From the NCBI GenBank assembly GCA_963765495.1, contig CAVXWP010000001.1:736001-800000 (forward strand): DNA of 64,000 nucleotides. Direction: 5' to 3'. The notes beneath the pieces were generated by a model. It ran no database searches. It saw nothing but the letters and a program-made list of their open reading frames with translations, and had not been told where the DNA came from. The stretch is from Blastocatellia bacterium (GTDB taxonomy: Bacteria; Acidobacteriota; Blastocatellia; UBA7656). Every line of letters starts with the position of its first letter. The stretch's first letter is position 1. Positions 9,908-21,044 of this stretch are shown piece by piece. A program made the position numbers and the translations under genes.

Positions 9908-12610
9908 TTAACACTCGGAGTAGCCGCAGGCATAACAGGACTGGCAGCCTTCGATTCGCACAAAAGCCGAATCGCCGCAGCTTGGGCACAGGTCTATAGA
10001 AGTGCCGGGCGTCGCTTCGGCCTTGAGCTTTTCTGCCTCCGTCGGCTCTGTCGTCTCCACTCCCATCTCCGCACCCTGACCCGGCTCCTTGTTTCCGTAG
10101 CTCACTCCAAGATAATTCTCGGCCAGCGCCTGGCCCACCGCATCCGGCAGAGAGAGAACGCGCCGCTTGCCAAACCCGTAAGACCGCGCTCCGCCTATGC
10201 CGGTGATCTGTTTGACGATCTCGCGCACGCGCTCGACCGGAGAGACGGGCGAGGCCATGCGCAACGTAAGCGACATCAATCGCCCCATGGCTTCGGCCAT
10301 AGCCTTGATGTCGGAACCGGCTTTGCCTATCTCAAGAAACACCTCGAATGGCTGCCCCGTCTCGTCTTCATTCATAGTGATATGAGCAGTGCCCGACGGC
10401 GTCGTTTTGCTGACCGTATAACCGCGCCGCTTGTAAGGACGCGGGCGCACCTTTGGCTGCACTCCCCCTTCGCTTTGAATGAGTCCGCCCGTGGTCGCGC
10501 CGACTGCGCCTGCTGCCTTTTGCGGCTCAGATGCTTCGGCCTTTTGAGGTGAATCGGACGACGTACCTGCCTTCTTACCTTCCGCCTTGAGGTTAAGCAC
10601 CTGCACGTCGCGTGAACCGTCGCGGTAAATCGTTCCACCTTTACACCCGAGGCTGTAGAGCAATTCGTAGATTTCCCGTGTCTGGTCCACCGAGTAGGAA
10701 TTAGGCAGGTTGCAGGTCTTCGAAATCGAAGAATCAACCCATCGCTGTATGGCCGCCTGCACTTTGACGTGCTCTTCGGGCGCGAGGTCCATAGCCGTTA
10801 CGAAGTAAGGAGGAAGCGGCTCGTCTTTGTGCGCCTTCTGCCACTCTTCGAGCACCTTTACGCGTTCTTCGTGCTGACCCAGCCGCGATGTGCGGAAATA
10901 GCTCCAGAAATAGAACGGCTCGATTCCGGTCGAAGTACCCGCCATCGTGCCTATAGTTCCGTTCGGCGCTTGCGTAAGCAGTGTGACGTTGCGCACGCCC
11001 TTTTCGCGAACCGCCCGACGCACATCTTCCGGCATCTGCCGCATGTAACCCGATTCGAGAAACTTTTCTTCATCGAACATCGGGAATGATCCCTTCTCAG
11101 CGGCGATGTCCGTTGAAGCATAATATGCCTCGCTTGAGATAAAGCGATAGAGCCTGTCAATAAATTCGACCGACTCATCCGACCCGTAGCGAATGCCCAG
11201 ACGGATCATCATTTCGGCCAGCCCCATCGTATTCAAACCCACGCGCCTTTCGGCCGTTTGCTGATCGAAATTCTCGTCGAAAAAGTAAGGCGTCGCGTCA
11301 ATCACATTGTCGAGGAATCGCACGGAATATCGCACTGCCTTGCCCAGGTCATCCCACGCCACATCACCGTCTCGCACGAATTTCGACAGGTTGATCGCTC
11401 CCAGATTGCAGACCCCAAAACCCGGCAAAGGCTGCTCGCCGCAGGGATTTGTGCAGCCCAGATAACCCGCGTCGTAGTACCACGAATTCGACATCTTGTT
11501 GGAACGCTCTATGAAATAAACGCCCGGCTCGGCCGAAGCCCACGCCGATTCGATTATCGAATCCCAGATTTCACGCGCCTTCACGGTCTTGTGCACGACC
11601 GTCTGTTTGCCCGCAGCAATCCACTTGTCGAGATTGCCGTTCCACAAATGCCCGTAATCAGGATCGGACACGTCCGGGAATACCAGGTCCCAGTCGGCAT
11701 CGGCGTGGACCGCATCCATGAATGTATCCGTAATACCTACCGAGATATTGGCATTTGTGATCTTGCCCATCTCGCGTTTAGAGTTTATGAACTCAAGCAC
11801 GTCCGGGTGCCAGCAGTTCAGTATGAGCATCAGCGCCCCGCGCCTTGAACCTCCCTGTTCGATAAGCCCGGTGACGAATGAATAGAGCGCGCCCCACGAT
11901 ACCGAACCCGACGAACGGCCGTTTACGCCCTTTACATACGAGTGACGCGGGCGCAGACTGCTGACGTTGATGCCGACTCCGCCGCCGCGCGACATGATCT
12001 CCATCATCTGTGAAAGGGTGTCTACGATGCCCCGGCGGGAATCCTTCGGGGACGGCACTACATAGCAGTTATAAAATGTCAGCTGCTGATCGGTTCCGGC
12101 TGCGGTCAGTATTCGGCCAGCAGGCACGAACTTCCAGCCGTTAAGAAGCCAGCGAAAATTATGATACCACTCCTCGGCCTGCTCTCCCTCAATTGCGGCA
12201 ATTCCGCGCGCTACCCGCTCCATCATCTGCTCCGGCTCGGTCTCTATAGGCTTGGAGACATGCTCGGAGAGGCGATCTATAACCGCGCCGTCTCTGAGCG
12301 CAACCGTTACGCGACCGGCTCCCCCGGCGGCTCGCTCATCAATCGAACGAACAAATCCTATCTCGCGCTGGCCGGTCTTGTCGTCAACACAGACGATCAC
12401 CATATCGCCGACCGTAAGCGTCCTCTTGCTCATGTCCTTCATCGCATACCGATCCAGAAATATCTTCTGGCCGAGCTCGCTGAGCCGGTTGTTTTCAGCC
12501 CCGTCGTCCGTCGCATGTTCCCCTTCATGTGAGACAAGAGGCGAAATCGACTCTTCAAGTGAGGACTGGCCGTTCGATTTCCGTAGATCGCCGATAGATC
12601 GGGTAGCCAT
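9908..12610 (-). CDS. nrdJ: Class II adenosylcobalamin-dependent ribonucleotide reductase with C-terminal TSCPD domain and Zn ribbon
   Basis: [48 protein letters not shown]; C-terminal CPSC...[12 protein letters not shown]; likely start MATRS at 12610. Confidence 0.95.
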   Translation of the reverse strand: MATRSIGDLRKSNGQSSLEESISPLVSHEGEHATDDGAENNRLSELGQKIFLDRYAMKDMSKRTLTVGDMVIVCVDDKTGQREIGFVRSIDERAAGGAGRVTVALRDGAVIDRLSEHVSKPIETEPEQMMERVARGIAAIEGEQAEEWYHNFRWLLNGWKFVPAGRILTAAGTDQQLTFYNCYVVPSPKDSRRGIVDTLSQMMEIMSRGGGVGINVSSLRPRHSYVKGVNGRSSGSVSWGALYSFVTGLIEQGGSRRGALMLILNCWHPDVLEFINSKREMGKITNANISVGITDTFMDAVHADADWDLVFPDVSDPDYGHLWNGNLDKWIAAGKQTVVHKTVKAREIWDSIIESAWASAEPGVYFIERSNKMSNSWYYDAGYLGCTNPCGEQPLPGFGVCNLGAINLSKFVRDGDVAWDDLGKAVRYSVRFLDNVIDATPYFFDENFDQQTAERRVGLNTMGLAEMMIRLGIRYGSDESVEFIDRLYRFISSEAYYASTDIAAEKGSFPMFDEEKFLESGYMRQMPEDVRRAVREKGVRNVTLLTQAPNGTIGTMAGTSTGIEPFYFWSYFRTSRLGQHEERVKVLEEWQKAHKDEPLPPYFVTAMDLAPEEHVKVQAAIQRWVDSSISKTCNLPNSYSVDQTREIYELLYSLGCKGGTIYRDGSRDVQVLNLKAEGKKAGTSSDSPQKAEASEPQKAAGAVGATTGGLIQSEGGVQPKVRPRPYKRRGYTVSKTTPSGTAHITMNEDETGQPFEVFLEIGKAGSDIKAMAEAMGRLMSLTLRMASPVSPVERVREIVKQITGIGGARSYGFGKRRVLSLPDAVGQALAENYLGVSYGNKEPGQGAEMGVETTEPTEAEKLKAEATPGTSIDLCPSCGDSAFVRIEGCQSCYACGYSEC

Positions 12611-12975
12611 TATTTTCAGTCTCCTTCCGCTTTGAGTAATTTTTATATTCGCAGACACATCTCCTGCTTTCAAGAGAGACCCGTCTGATTCCCTGCACAA
12701 GCCGGGTAACCTGGGGACTACTGGTTTGCCTGCTATCTATGATTTGACTATACAGCCAGACCTCTTACCCCCCTGCATGGTGGCCGGGCCGGGCTGCTCC
12801 GAGGAGTGTTCCACTACTATTTCCGTACAATAGATCGCCGCTGACAGCAAATTTCGCCATACATAGTGCCGGGTAGACACTGGTCCCAACCCGAATCTAT
12901 AACAGCGATTGTATTGCCCAATCACAAGGGCTTACCTGCGTTTTAATGATTTCTTTTTCCCTCGAGCGGTTTCGG

Positions 12976-13004
12976 AGTTTACCCCATACATAGACCTATG
13001 TCAA
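12976..13004 (-). promoter_or_regulatory. sigma70 promoter of nrdJ
   Basis: Minus strand TTGACA-N17-TAAACT. Confidence 0.65.
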
Positions 13005-13027
13005 CCGAAAAGTACAATATATTGTGG
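12981..13027. promoter_or_regulatory. Tandem NrdR boxes
   Basis: ACCCCATACATAGACC (12981) and GTACAATATATTGTGG (13012), 31 bp apart, compared with consensus acaCwAtATaTwGtgt; third candidate TCGCCATACATAGTGC at 12854. Confidence 0.75.
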
Positions 13028-13294
13028 TTTGATAAGATTCGACCACCGGGGCTTTGCCCAAAATGTCTAACAAAAGGCACTTACGGTAACAATCCAAAAT
13101 CACTTTTTGGGCAAGTAGCGGTTTTGCCTAAAAAGTCACATGCCAGATACGCTTTACGGTTAGGCAGCGTAATTCTATATGTGGAAAAGATGTGGAAAAC
13201 TTGTTTTCCGCCCGATCCGCGCTATCCGTGGTCTTTTGCTACTTTCCCAATCCTGCAAGTGCATTTACAGGCATAAGTGTCCTTGCTCAACTGC

Positions 13295-13438
13295 CTACTT
13301 CTTACTATCTTTGGCCGGATCGCTCTCTTGATCAATCCCGAGCGTCCAGCCGGGAGGGTCGCTGGCCGGGAAAGACTCTTCGATGGTTTCGTCTATCTCT
13401 TCTTCGGTCGGATGTTGTTCGTGTCGGCTGTCGGTCAT
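13295..13438 (-). CDS. 47-aa acidic small protein with ESFPASDPP motif (not in the ORF track)
   Basis: [47 protein letters not shown]; AAGGAG RBS; directly downstream of the dioxygenase gene. Confidence 0.8.
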   Translation of the reverse strand: MTDSRHEQHPTEEEIDETIEESFPASDPPGWTLGIDQESDPAKDSKK

Positions 13439-13467
13439 ACATTATTCTCCTTGAATTCTGGCAGGGC

Positions 13468-14259
13468 TCATCCGATTTGAACCGAGAGCATTGATACGGA
13501 ACCGCCATCAACGCCTTCGACCGGAAAGCTTACCTGATCGCCTTCCCGGCGAAGCGCCATCACATAAAGAAGCGGCAGGAAATGCTCGGGTGTGGGGATT
13601 GAAAGTAAAGCATCGCGCCCCAGACTCTCATAAGCAATGAGCGGGCCGTCATCTCCTTCGAGCAACATCTCACGTGCCCGCTCTTCGAAACGCACGGCCC
13701 AGTCGTAAGGGGCAACCTCGTGTCGCCCCCAGGCGTACGCGTGCAGGTTGTGAATGATATTGCCGCTGCCGATGATCAAAATCCCTTCGTCGCGCAACGG
13801 CGTGAGCCGCTTTCCTGCCTCATAGTGAAAGAGGGCCGGTTGTGTCTCATCAATGCTCAATTGCACAACGGGAATATCGGCCTGCGGGAAGACGTGATAT
13901 AACACCGACCAGGTGCCGTGGTCGAGACCCCATTGCTCATCGCGGCTCACACGAATGGGCGCTAGCAAATCCTGAACGCGGGTTGCCAGCTCCGGATCAC
14001 CCGGGGCCGGATATGTGGCCTGATAAAGTTCGCGCGGGAATCCGCCAAAATCGTGAATGGTGCGGGGCGAGACCATCGCCGTCACCGCACTGCTCGGAAC
14101 GTACCAGTGCGCCGATACGGAAAGCACCGCTCGGGGTCGCCCGATCTTGCTCCCCAGAGCGGCCCAGCCCCGCGTATAGTCGTTATCCAGCAACGCATTC
14201 AACGGGTTTCCGTGCCCGAAGAAAATGGTCGGCATCGGCCCTGGAATATCCGTACTCAT
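13468..14259 (-). CDS. ygiD: 4,5-DOPA extradiol dioxygenase (LigB/YgiD family)
   Basis: FFGHGNP, SAHW, TIHDFGGFP, GLDHGTW, GSGNIIHNL, PTPEHFLPL. Confidence 0.92.
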   Translation of the reverse strand: MSTDIPGPMPTIFFGHGNPLNALLDNDYTRGWAALGSKIGRPRAVLSVSAHWYVPSSAVTAMVSPRTIHDFGGFPRELYQATYPAPGDPELATRVQDLLAPIRVSRDEQWGLDHGTWSVLYHVFPQADIPVVQLSIDETQPALFHYEAGKRLTPLRDEGILIIGSGNIIHNLHAYAWGRHEVAPYDWAVRFEERAREMLLEGDDGPLIAYESLGRDALLSIPTPEHFLPLLYVMALRREGDQVSFPVEGVDGGSVSMLSVQIG

Positions 14260-14314
14260 CGCATTATCGAGATAGCCTTATTTGATCGGTTCCCTTTCGG
14301 TCATCACACGAAAT

Positions 14315-14617
14315 TTACTGGGGAAGCTTTGCCGCCAACACGTCTACCTGTTCGATGACAGGCGGTTCTGAGAGAAGATCGGACGCCTTTTGCATCAGCG
14401 CCGCGGCGACCCGGCCCGACAGATGCGCCTGTCTGCCCGCTTCATCCGGGAATGCGTCGAATATGCCAAAGGTCGAGGGTCCGAGGCGAATCGCAAACCA
14501 CGCCGTCGTTGCAGGCTCTTCTTCCACGATTGCCAGCCCTCCGCGCAGGAAGTCTGCGACCTCATCCTCTTTACCCGGTTTTGCTTCCAGTCGAACGAGC
14601 AGTGCTACTTTTACCAT
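14315..14617 (-). CDS. Antibiotic biosynthesis monooxygenase (ABM) family protein
   Basis: LEAKPGKE...EEEPAT...FDAFPDEAGRQAHL; AAAGGAG RBS. Confidence 0.88.
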   Translation of the reverse strand: MVKVALLVRLEAKPGKEDEVADFLRGGLAIVEEEPATTAWFAIRLGPSTFGIFDAFPDEAGRQAHLSGRVAAALMQKASDLLSEPPVIEQVDVLAAKLPQ

Positions 14618-15016
14618 GATTTATCTCCTTTTCATTGCCGGGTTATTGAGACAAAAATTATACCGGAGCATCTGTAGTCTTTTGATATGACGCCTCGGCA
14701 AACACAACTATCAAGTGTCGTCGATGATTTGCCCTTAAAAAGGCGGACCTTTTGCGCTCAAAAAGATTCTTCATCGTGTGGCCTCTGGCAAGAGGCTGTG
14801 ACACGTCTGACAAGCTTATTCTACCAGCTTGCCGCAGGGCTTGCGAACCGCTTCCTAATGTAATTTCGCGAAATCGTACTGCGCACGACGGGCATCCCTC
14901 TCACATTTGCGGGCGATCAGGGCTACCCCTCAAAATCAACGCTATTGTAATTATCCTGACTCGAATGGCGCGGATCAGGAGGTTACGCTAAGATGTCGGG
15001 CAAGGAGGGATGATTA

Positions 15017-15442
15017 ATGCTCGATAGAGTGATGTCACGTTTTGGTGACTATGCGCCTTTGCCTCTGCGCATAGCGGTGGGGATGATCTTTCTGGCCCAC
15101 GGCTCTCAGAAGCTGTTCGGGGCTTTTGGCGGGTTCGGAATTTCAGGGACGGCGCATTTTTTTGATCAGATGGGTATTTCTCCGGGCACGTTCTGGGCGG
15201 TCGTGGTTGCAGTGGTCGAATTCGGGGCCGGTCTTGCGGTGCTCATAGGATTGCTGACCCGCTATGCCGCTTTGCTGCTGGCAATCAATATGCTTGTAGC
15301 CATCCTGACAGTCCATCTCGCCAACGGCTTCTTCCTGCCGCAAGGCTTTGAATACCCCTTTGCGTTGTTCTGCGCGAATCTTTCGCTGTTGATAAGCGGT
15401 TCAGGTCCCCTGTCGGTTGATCGCGCTCTAAAACGCGGATAA
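15017..15442 (+). CDS. DoxX family membrane protein
   Basis: LRIAVGMIFLAHGSQKLFG, GLLTRYAA, GFEYP, GSGPLSVD; AAGGAGG RBS. Confidence 0.92.
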   Translation: MLDRVMSRFGDYAPLPLRIAVGMIFLAHGSQKLFGAFGGFGISGTAHFFDQMGISPGTFWAVVVAVVEFGAGLAVLIGLLTRYAALLLAINMLVAILTVHLANGFFLPQGFEYPFALFCANLSLLISGSGPLSVDRALKRG

Positions 15443-15583
15443 AGCATCTGAGATTTGAAACCTAATATGCGCAGGCGTGATCGGTAAAGAGCGAGAAAGA
15501 AATAGACAGGGTTAACAAGATTTAGCGGAGCAGTTTTCCGACAACGGTTCTTCCGTATTCGGCAAGGCTTGTCTGCTTGTCGC

Positions 15584-17569
15584 CTATTTACCCGTTTCTA
15601 TGACCTCTCGCAGCTTACGCGCAAGCATATTCGGCGTAAATGGCTTTTGCAGATACGGGATGTCCGAATCCAGTATTCCCGGATGATTGATCGCATCCGC
15701 AGAGCCTGATATATACAGCACTTTCATCTCCGGCCTGTGTTGTTTCAGGCGATTTGCCATCTCTCTCCCGCTCGTCCCCGGCATGATCTTATCGGTCAGC
15801 AGCAGATGCACCGGCCCTTGATGGCTCTTACAGATTGCAATCGCGCATTCTTCGTCTGTTGCGTCCAGCACTTCGTATCCATTGCATCTCAATACTTCCT
15901 TTACGAGATTGCGCACCATCTCGTCATCTTCTATCAGGAGGATACTCTCTGTCCCTCTCAGGCTTTCCTCGGTCTCGTTGCTTTGATTTATCGCCTCCGC
16001 CTCTTCGGATGTGCGCGGCAAATAAATATTAAAGGTCGTTCCCTCACCAGGCTCGCTGCATACCCGGATATAACCGCCCGAATGTTTGACGATTCCATAG
16101 ACGGTCGAAAGCCCGAGGCCGGTTCCTTTGCCCGGTCCCTTGGTAGTGAAAAACGGCTCAAACAGGTGCGCCTGAGTCTCGGCGTCCATGCCGGTTCCGA
16201 TATCACTTACGGTAAGCATCGCGTAAGACCCCGGCACCAGGGGGATTTGCCCGGGGGGGCACTCCTCCTTGAGGAATATGCTGGCGGTCTCAATGGTCAA
16301 CTTGCCCCCCTGTGGCATGGCATCGCGGGCATTGACAACGAGATTCACTATGACCTGCTCGATCTGACTCGAGTCGGCTTTGACGCTTCCGATCTCAGGA
16401 TCGAGCGCCGTTTTCAAATCTATATCCTCTCCGATGAGTCGCCGCAATATCATTTCCAGGTCCGAGACTATGAAGTTGAGGTTAAGATTCTTGAGTTGCA
16501 CGATATGTTTGCGGCTGAAGGCGAGCAACTGGCCGGTCAAAGAAGCGGCGCGCCGCCCGGCCTTTAGAATCTCTTCTATCTCTTTGTGAAATTCACTTTC
16601 CGGGTGAAGACGGGACTGTATGATCTGGGTGTAGCCGATGATTGCCGTCAGCAGGTTGTTGAAGTCGTGCGCGATTCCCCCGGCTAAACGTCCGATGGCC
16701 TCCATCTTCTGCGCGTGTTGAAGCTGCTCCTCGCTTTTGCGAAGCGCTTCTTCGACTCTTTTGCGCTCGCTGATGTCTATCGTGACGCCGCGCAAGCCTA
16801 CGGGCCAGCCGTCATCATCCGTAATGACGGCCGACCTTGACTCGACCCACACCGCGCGCCCGTCTTTGGCGATCCATCGGAATTCAAGCGCGCTGCTTTT
16901 GCCGCTGGCAAACGTTGCGGCGGCACGCGCAATCCGCTCTCTGTCATCCGGGTGGATGATCGAGAGCCAGAAATTTGGCGTCGAAACCCATTCGGCCACG
17001 CTGTAGCCGAGCAACTCTTCAATATATTCGCTCACGAAAGTAGCCCGTTGCGTTTCAGCGCCCGGCTCGCCCCACGATTCCCAGAAGACGCCCGGCACAT
17101 TCGCCACGATGTTATCCAGGCGTTTGCGCTGGCTTTCGATCTGGGCGATCAGTCGTTTTTTCTCTTCTTCGTCCTCTCTTCGCGCCTGCCGGGTTTTCGC
17201 CTCTTCCATCTCTCGCTCGATGACCGGGCCGAGTCGCGCCAGATTATCCTTCATCAGATAGTCGTGCGCCCCGGCGCGCATGGCCTCAACGGCGAGAACC
17301 TCGCCCACGGTCCCGGAAATGATGATGAAGGGGATGTCCAGCCCCATTCCTTTCAGAAGCGCCAGAGCCCCGAGCGCGCTGAATTGCGGCATCGAGTAGT
17401 CGCATAAGATTACATCCCACTCTTCTCTTTCGAGCGCCGCCCTCATCTCGGCGGATGTCTCCACCCGGTCGAAAATCACCTCATAGCCCGAGCGCGATAA
17501 GTGACGAAGAAGCAACTCAACATCTCGCTCCGAGTCTTCGATGTTCAATACTCTTAATGTTTTCTTCAT
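15584..17569 (-). CDS. Hybrid sensor histidine kinase (REC-PAS-HisKA-HATPase-REC, CckA-like)
   Basis: ILCDYSMP; PAS/PAC; GGIAHDFNNLL; NLVVNARDAM; FFTTKGPGKGTGLGL; C-terminal REC. Confidence 0.93.
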   Translation of the reverse strand: MKKTLRVLNIEDSERDVELLLRHLSRSGYEVIFDRVETSAEMRAALEREEWDVILCDYSMPQFSALGALALLKGMGLDIPFIIISGTVGEVLAVEAMRAGAHDYLMKDNLARLGPVIEREMEEAKTRQARREDEEEKKRLIAQIESQRKRLDNIVANVPGVFWESWGEPGAETQRATFVSEYIEELLGYSVAEWVSTPNFWLSIIHPDDRERIARAAATFASGKSSALEFRWIAKDGRAVWVESRSAVITDDDGWPVGLRGVTIDISERKRVEEALRKSEEQLQHAQKMEAIGRLAGGIAHDFNNLLTAIIGYTQIIQSRLHPESEFHKEIEEILKAGRRAASLTGQLLAFSRKHIVQLKNLNLNFIVSDLEMILRRLIGEDIDLKTALDPEIGSVKADSSQIEQVIVNLVVNARDAMPQGGKLTIETASIFLKEECPPGQIPLVPGSYAMLTVSDIGTGMDAETQAHLFEPFFTTKGPGKGTGLGLSTVYGIVKHSGGYIRVCSEPGEGTTFNIYLPRTSEEAEAINQSNETEESLRGTESILLIEDDEMVRNLVKEVLRCNGYEVLDATDEECAIAICKSHQGPVHLLLTDKIMPGTSGREMANRLKQHRPEMKVLYISGSADAINHPGILDSDIPYLQKPFTPNMLARKLREVIETGK

Positions 17570-17579
17570 CGTAGGGTAT

Positions 17580-18020
17580 TTATTCGAGGGGCGCGACCTG
17601 ATTCAAGACGAGCCAGTAGAGCCCCAGTTGCTTTGTCGCTTCCAAAAATTGCTCGAAATCGACAGGTTTTCGGACATAACTGTTGGCCCCGAGGTTGTAG
17701 CTGTTAATGAGGTCTTCTTCTTCGTCCGAGGATGTGAAGACGACTACGGGCAATCGCCTTGTGCGTTCGTCCTCTCGAATCCTTCGCAAAACCTGCAATC
17801 CGTCTACTTTGGGCAGCTTCAAATCGAGCAGGACCATTTGCGGCATCATGGACATATCACGCCCGGCATAGATTCCGGTCCCGAACAGATAATCGAGCGC
17901 CTCGACACCGTCGCGCGCAACCATTACGTCATTGACGATATTGCCTTTCTTCATAGCGCGCAGGGTCAGAGCCTCATCTCTGGAGTTATCTTCGACCAGT
18001 AGGATGACTTTGTTTTCCAT
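17580..18020 (-). CDS. Single-domain response regulator (Rcp1-like)
   Basis: LLVEDN, LLDLKLPKVDG, GANSYVRKPVDF, LYWL. Confidence 0.93.
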   Translation of the reverse strand: MENKVILLVEDNSRDEALTLRAMKKGNIVNDVMVARDGVEALDYLFGTGIYAGRDMSMMPQMVLLDLKLPKVDGLQVLRRIREDERTRRLPVVVFTSSDEEEDLINSYNLGANSYVRKPVDFEQFLEATKQLGLYWLVLNQVAPLE

Positions 18021-19917
18021 ATTTTACCTCCTTGAAATCAGGGAGCGTAAAATAGAAGCTTGCCCCCTTATTCACCTCACCTTCGGCCAGGACCCTACCG
18101 CCGTGTCGGCGAGCGATTCGCTCGACAGTCGCCAGACCAATGCCTGTGCCTTCGAATTCACTATCACTATGGAGACGCTGAAACGCGCTGAACAATCTGT
18201 TTACATAACTGATATCGAATCCCGCGCCGTTATCGCGGACGAAATAAAACATCTCGTCGTCTTTCTGCTCTCGCCCGAAAGTGATTCTCGCCTCTTCCCG
18301 CTTCGACGTGAATTTCCAGGCATTCCCAAGAAGGTTATTGAGCAGGATGCGCAACAACCTCTTATCGCCGTATGTCGTAAGCCCCGCTTCGATGTTGACG
18401 ATCACACGTCGTCCCGCATCTGCACCTTGCAACTCTTCTATTACCCCGCGAGCCATCTCGCTTAGGTCGAGTGTTTCGCGGTGCATCTCGCTGCGCGTCA
18501 CCCGCGAGAGTTGCAGCAGATCATCAATCAGAGATGCCATCTCATTGCTTGCTTCGCATAACTCTCGAAGATAGCCCTTGCCTGTTTCATCAAGTACATC
18601 CGAATAATCTTCCAGCAGCGCCTGAGAGAACCCGTTGATATGCCGCAAGGGGGCGCGCAGGTCGTGCGAGACGGAATAGGAAAAGGTCTCGAGTTCCTTG
18701 TTGGCGTTCTGGAGTTGCGATGTGCGCTCGTTGACGCGCTGCTCAAGCTCTTCATTGAGCCTGTGAACCTCTTCTTCGGCCTGCTTGCGCCCGGTAATAT
18801 CCACAATCGTTCCGAGTATCATTACCCCTTGCTGTGTGTCGAGCGGGTTCAGGCCGATCTCTACCGGAAACTCGCCTCCGTCCTTGCGAAGCCCGAAGAG
18901 GTCCCGCCCGGCCCCCATCGGTCTGGCAACAGGGGTGGCTGTGAATTGACTGCGGTAAGAGCCGTGATGCGCGCGAAATCGTTCCGGCACGAGCATCTCT
19001 ATTGATTGCCCGAGCAATTCATCGCGGCTGTAGCCAAATGTTTTTTCTATCTGCGCGTTGACAAGCGCGATTTTGCCATCCTGATCAACCATCACCATTC
19101 CATTAGGCGCGTGCTCGATAACCTGACGGAATCGCTCCTCGGCGCGTTTGTATTCGGTAATGTCGCGCATTATGACGGTGTAGAGCTTCTGTCCTCCGGC
19201 TTCGACCTGTGAGATAGAAGCCTCGAGAGGGAACTCCTCGCCGTCAGCGCGAACTCCATAAACCGTTTTTGCTCCGGCCATGGCGCGAGTCGTGGTGCCG
19301 GTCTCGCCAAAAGACCGGATATGTGAATAATGGACGGCGCGAAACCGCTCGGGAAGAAAGCGATCAAGCTTATGCCCGATGACTTCCCCGGCAGAGCATC
19401 GAAACATCTTTTCGGCAGCCGCGTTGAAGAGCAGGATGTGCTGCTCGCTATCGACGGTGATGATGGCGTCCATCGCCGAATCAACGATACCGGCGAGCCT
19501 CGCCTGATTTTCGCGCAGCGCCTCTCCGGCACCTTTGCGTTCAAGCAACTGAGTTACCTTCGTAAGCAAACGCACTGGATCGTAAGGTAATTCCAGATAG
19601 TCATCTGCTCCGGCCCTTAAACCTTCAATTACTCTTTCGCTGTCTGCGGGGCCGCCGCTGATCAGAAGAACAGGCGTGGCGCACAGTTCAGAATGCTGAT
19701 TTATCGCGCGGCATAACTCGATGCCTCCAAGGCGCGGTATCGAGATGTTGCTTATGATCAGATCAGGATGTTTCTTTGCGGCAAGCCTAAAGCCTTCCCT
19801 CCCATCACTAGAAGATAAAACGCTGTAGCCGGACTGGCACAGTAATAGACACGTCGTCTCCAGTTGACCCGCTCTCTGATCGAGCACCAGAATTTTGACC
19901 CCAGCGTTTTTTTCCAT
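17986..19917 (-). CDS. Sensor histidine kinase: REC-like, PAS, PAS, HisKA, HATPase
   Basis: Two PAS domains; FSYSVSHDLRAPL; NLLGNAWKF; RDNGAGF; GTGIGLA; the N-terminal REC has Asn at the phospho-Asp position (IISNISIP). Confidence 0.92.
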   Translation of the reverse strand: MEKNAGVKILVLDQRAGQLETTCLLLCQSGYSVLSSSDGREGFRLAAKKHPDLIISNISIPRLGGIELCRAINQHSELCATPVLLISGGPADSERVIEGLRAGADDYLELPYDPVRLLTKVTQLLERKGAGEALRENQARLAGIVDSAMDAIITVDSEQHILLFNAAAEKMFRCSAGEVIGHKLDRFLPERFRAVHYSHIRSFGETGTTTRAMAGAKTVYGVRADGEEFPLEASISQVEAGGQKLYTVIMRDITEYKRAEERFRQVIEHAPNGMVMVDQDGKIALVNAQIEKTFGYSRDELLGQSIEMLVPERFRAHHGSYRSQFTATPVARPMGAGRDLFGLRKDGGEFPVEIGLNPLDTQQGVMILGTIVDITGRKQAEEEVHRLNEELEQRVNERTSQLQNANKELETFSYSVSHDLRAPLRHINGFSQALLEDYSDVLDETGKGYLRELCEASNEMASLIDDLLQLSRVTRSEMHRETLDLSEMARGVIEELQGADAGRRVIVNIEAGLTTYGDKRLLRILLNNLLGNAWKFTSKREEARITFGREQKDDEMFYFVRDNGAGFDISYVNRLFSAFQRLHSDSEFEGTGIGLATVERIARRHGGRVLAEGEVNKGASFYFTLPDFKEVKYGKQSHPTGRR

Positions 19918-20342
19918 TCTCGCGGTTCCTGCTTGATTGCTGAATCTGTTCGGTCTCTTCCCATTGTGATCAAGCTAAAGAGAAAATCACCGGATAATAC
20001 CCTTTAGGCTAACCCAATCTTATAAAAATAAGATTTATGACAGTTTGTGGGGGGGAATCAGTACAGGCAATAAATTATAACAATCTGATTGATGATAAAA
20101 AATCAGCAAAAACTGGATTCTTATGTAAGGATAAAGACAGTTTGCCTGTCGGTGTTTCCCTTACGAAATGCTCTTTGAGGAGATGGATCGGCAAACAATA
20201 GCGCAAAGGGAGTTGCGGAAGAAATTCTTGTGCGGGCCGGTGCCGGTGGGGAGGGAGACGACCGTTCACCATCCCGAATTTAGGATTTCGATCACGGCCC
20301 TTGATTCTGCTCAGCCTGGCCTCTCTCCAAATCATCGGCGCG

Positions 20343-20975
20343 TTAATCAACAAGATCATTTTTTATAGCATAATGAGTGATTTCGGCGTTTGTCTTCATG
20401 CGCATCTTCTCAAGGATGCGCGATCTGTAGGTGCTGATGGTCTTGTCGCTTAGGGCAAGCATCTCGGCTATCTCGCTTACGGTCTTGCCCGACGCGATCA
20501 GCCGCATAACCTCGAACTCACGATCCGAGAGGGCTTCGTGAGGCGGGCGGTCCGTGCCTCTTTCGATGTCGAAGACGAGTTTTTCGGCAAGCGAGGAGCT
20601 TACATAGCGTCCGCCTTCGATCACTTTATTGACGGCCCTGACGAGTTCGACACGCGAAGAGTCTTTTGTGATATAACCGGCAGCGCCTGCCTTAAATGCC
20701 CGGCGCGCATACTGTTCCTCGGAATACATGGTCAGAATAAGCACGGGGAGTTTCGGGCGGATATGTTTTATTTCCTTCAGGACATCCAACCCGTTTTTTC
20801 CGGCCAGAGATATAGCGAGGATCACAACATCCCAACTTTCCTGGCTGGCGAGTTTGACGGCTTCCTGAGCAGTGCCGGCTTCGCCAAAGGTGATTTCACT
20901 GAATTGCTCGGCGAGGATTTTCTTGACGCCGTCTCGCACAACCACGTGATTGTCTACTATCAGGATACGCAACAT
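20343..20975 (-). CDS. NarL/LuxR-family response regulator with degenerate receiver
   Basis: C-terminal LSDREFEV...EIAEMLALSDKTISTYRSRI HTH; receiver reads VDNH and VILAISL. Confidence 0.9.
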   Translation of the reverse strand: MLRILIVDNHVVVRDGVKKILAEQFSEITFGEAGTAQEAVKLASQESWDVVILAISLAGKNGLDVLKEIKHIRPKLPVLILTMYSEEQYARRAFKAGAAGYITKDSSRVELVRAVNKVIEGGRYVSSSLAEKLVFDIERGTDRPPHEALSDREFEVMRLIASGKTVSEIAEMLALSDKTISTYRSRILEKMRMKTNAEITHYAIKNDLVD

Positions 20976-21044
20976 GTCCCCTCCTCAGGTGAGGAGCCGG
21001 GTTGTCTGAATGGAATCCTACTTTCCAGCAAGAGAGATTCGGCC

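Noticed and set aside
9908-12610. Intein or intron in nrdJ
   Set aside because: Catalytic motifs are collinear with no C...HN splice junctions; the extra length comes from the N-terminal extension, linker and TSCPD domain.
12611-13280. Cobalamin riboswitch upstream of nrdJ
   Set aside because: No recognisable B12 box or GCCACTG core; NrdR boxes explain the visible motifs.
20075-20368. Small ORFs between the kinase and the response regulator
   Set aside because: No convincing RBS or motif, and they overlap a gene end; probably intergenic.
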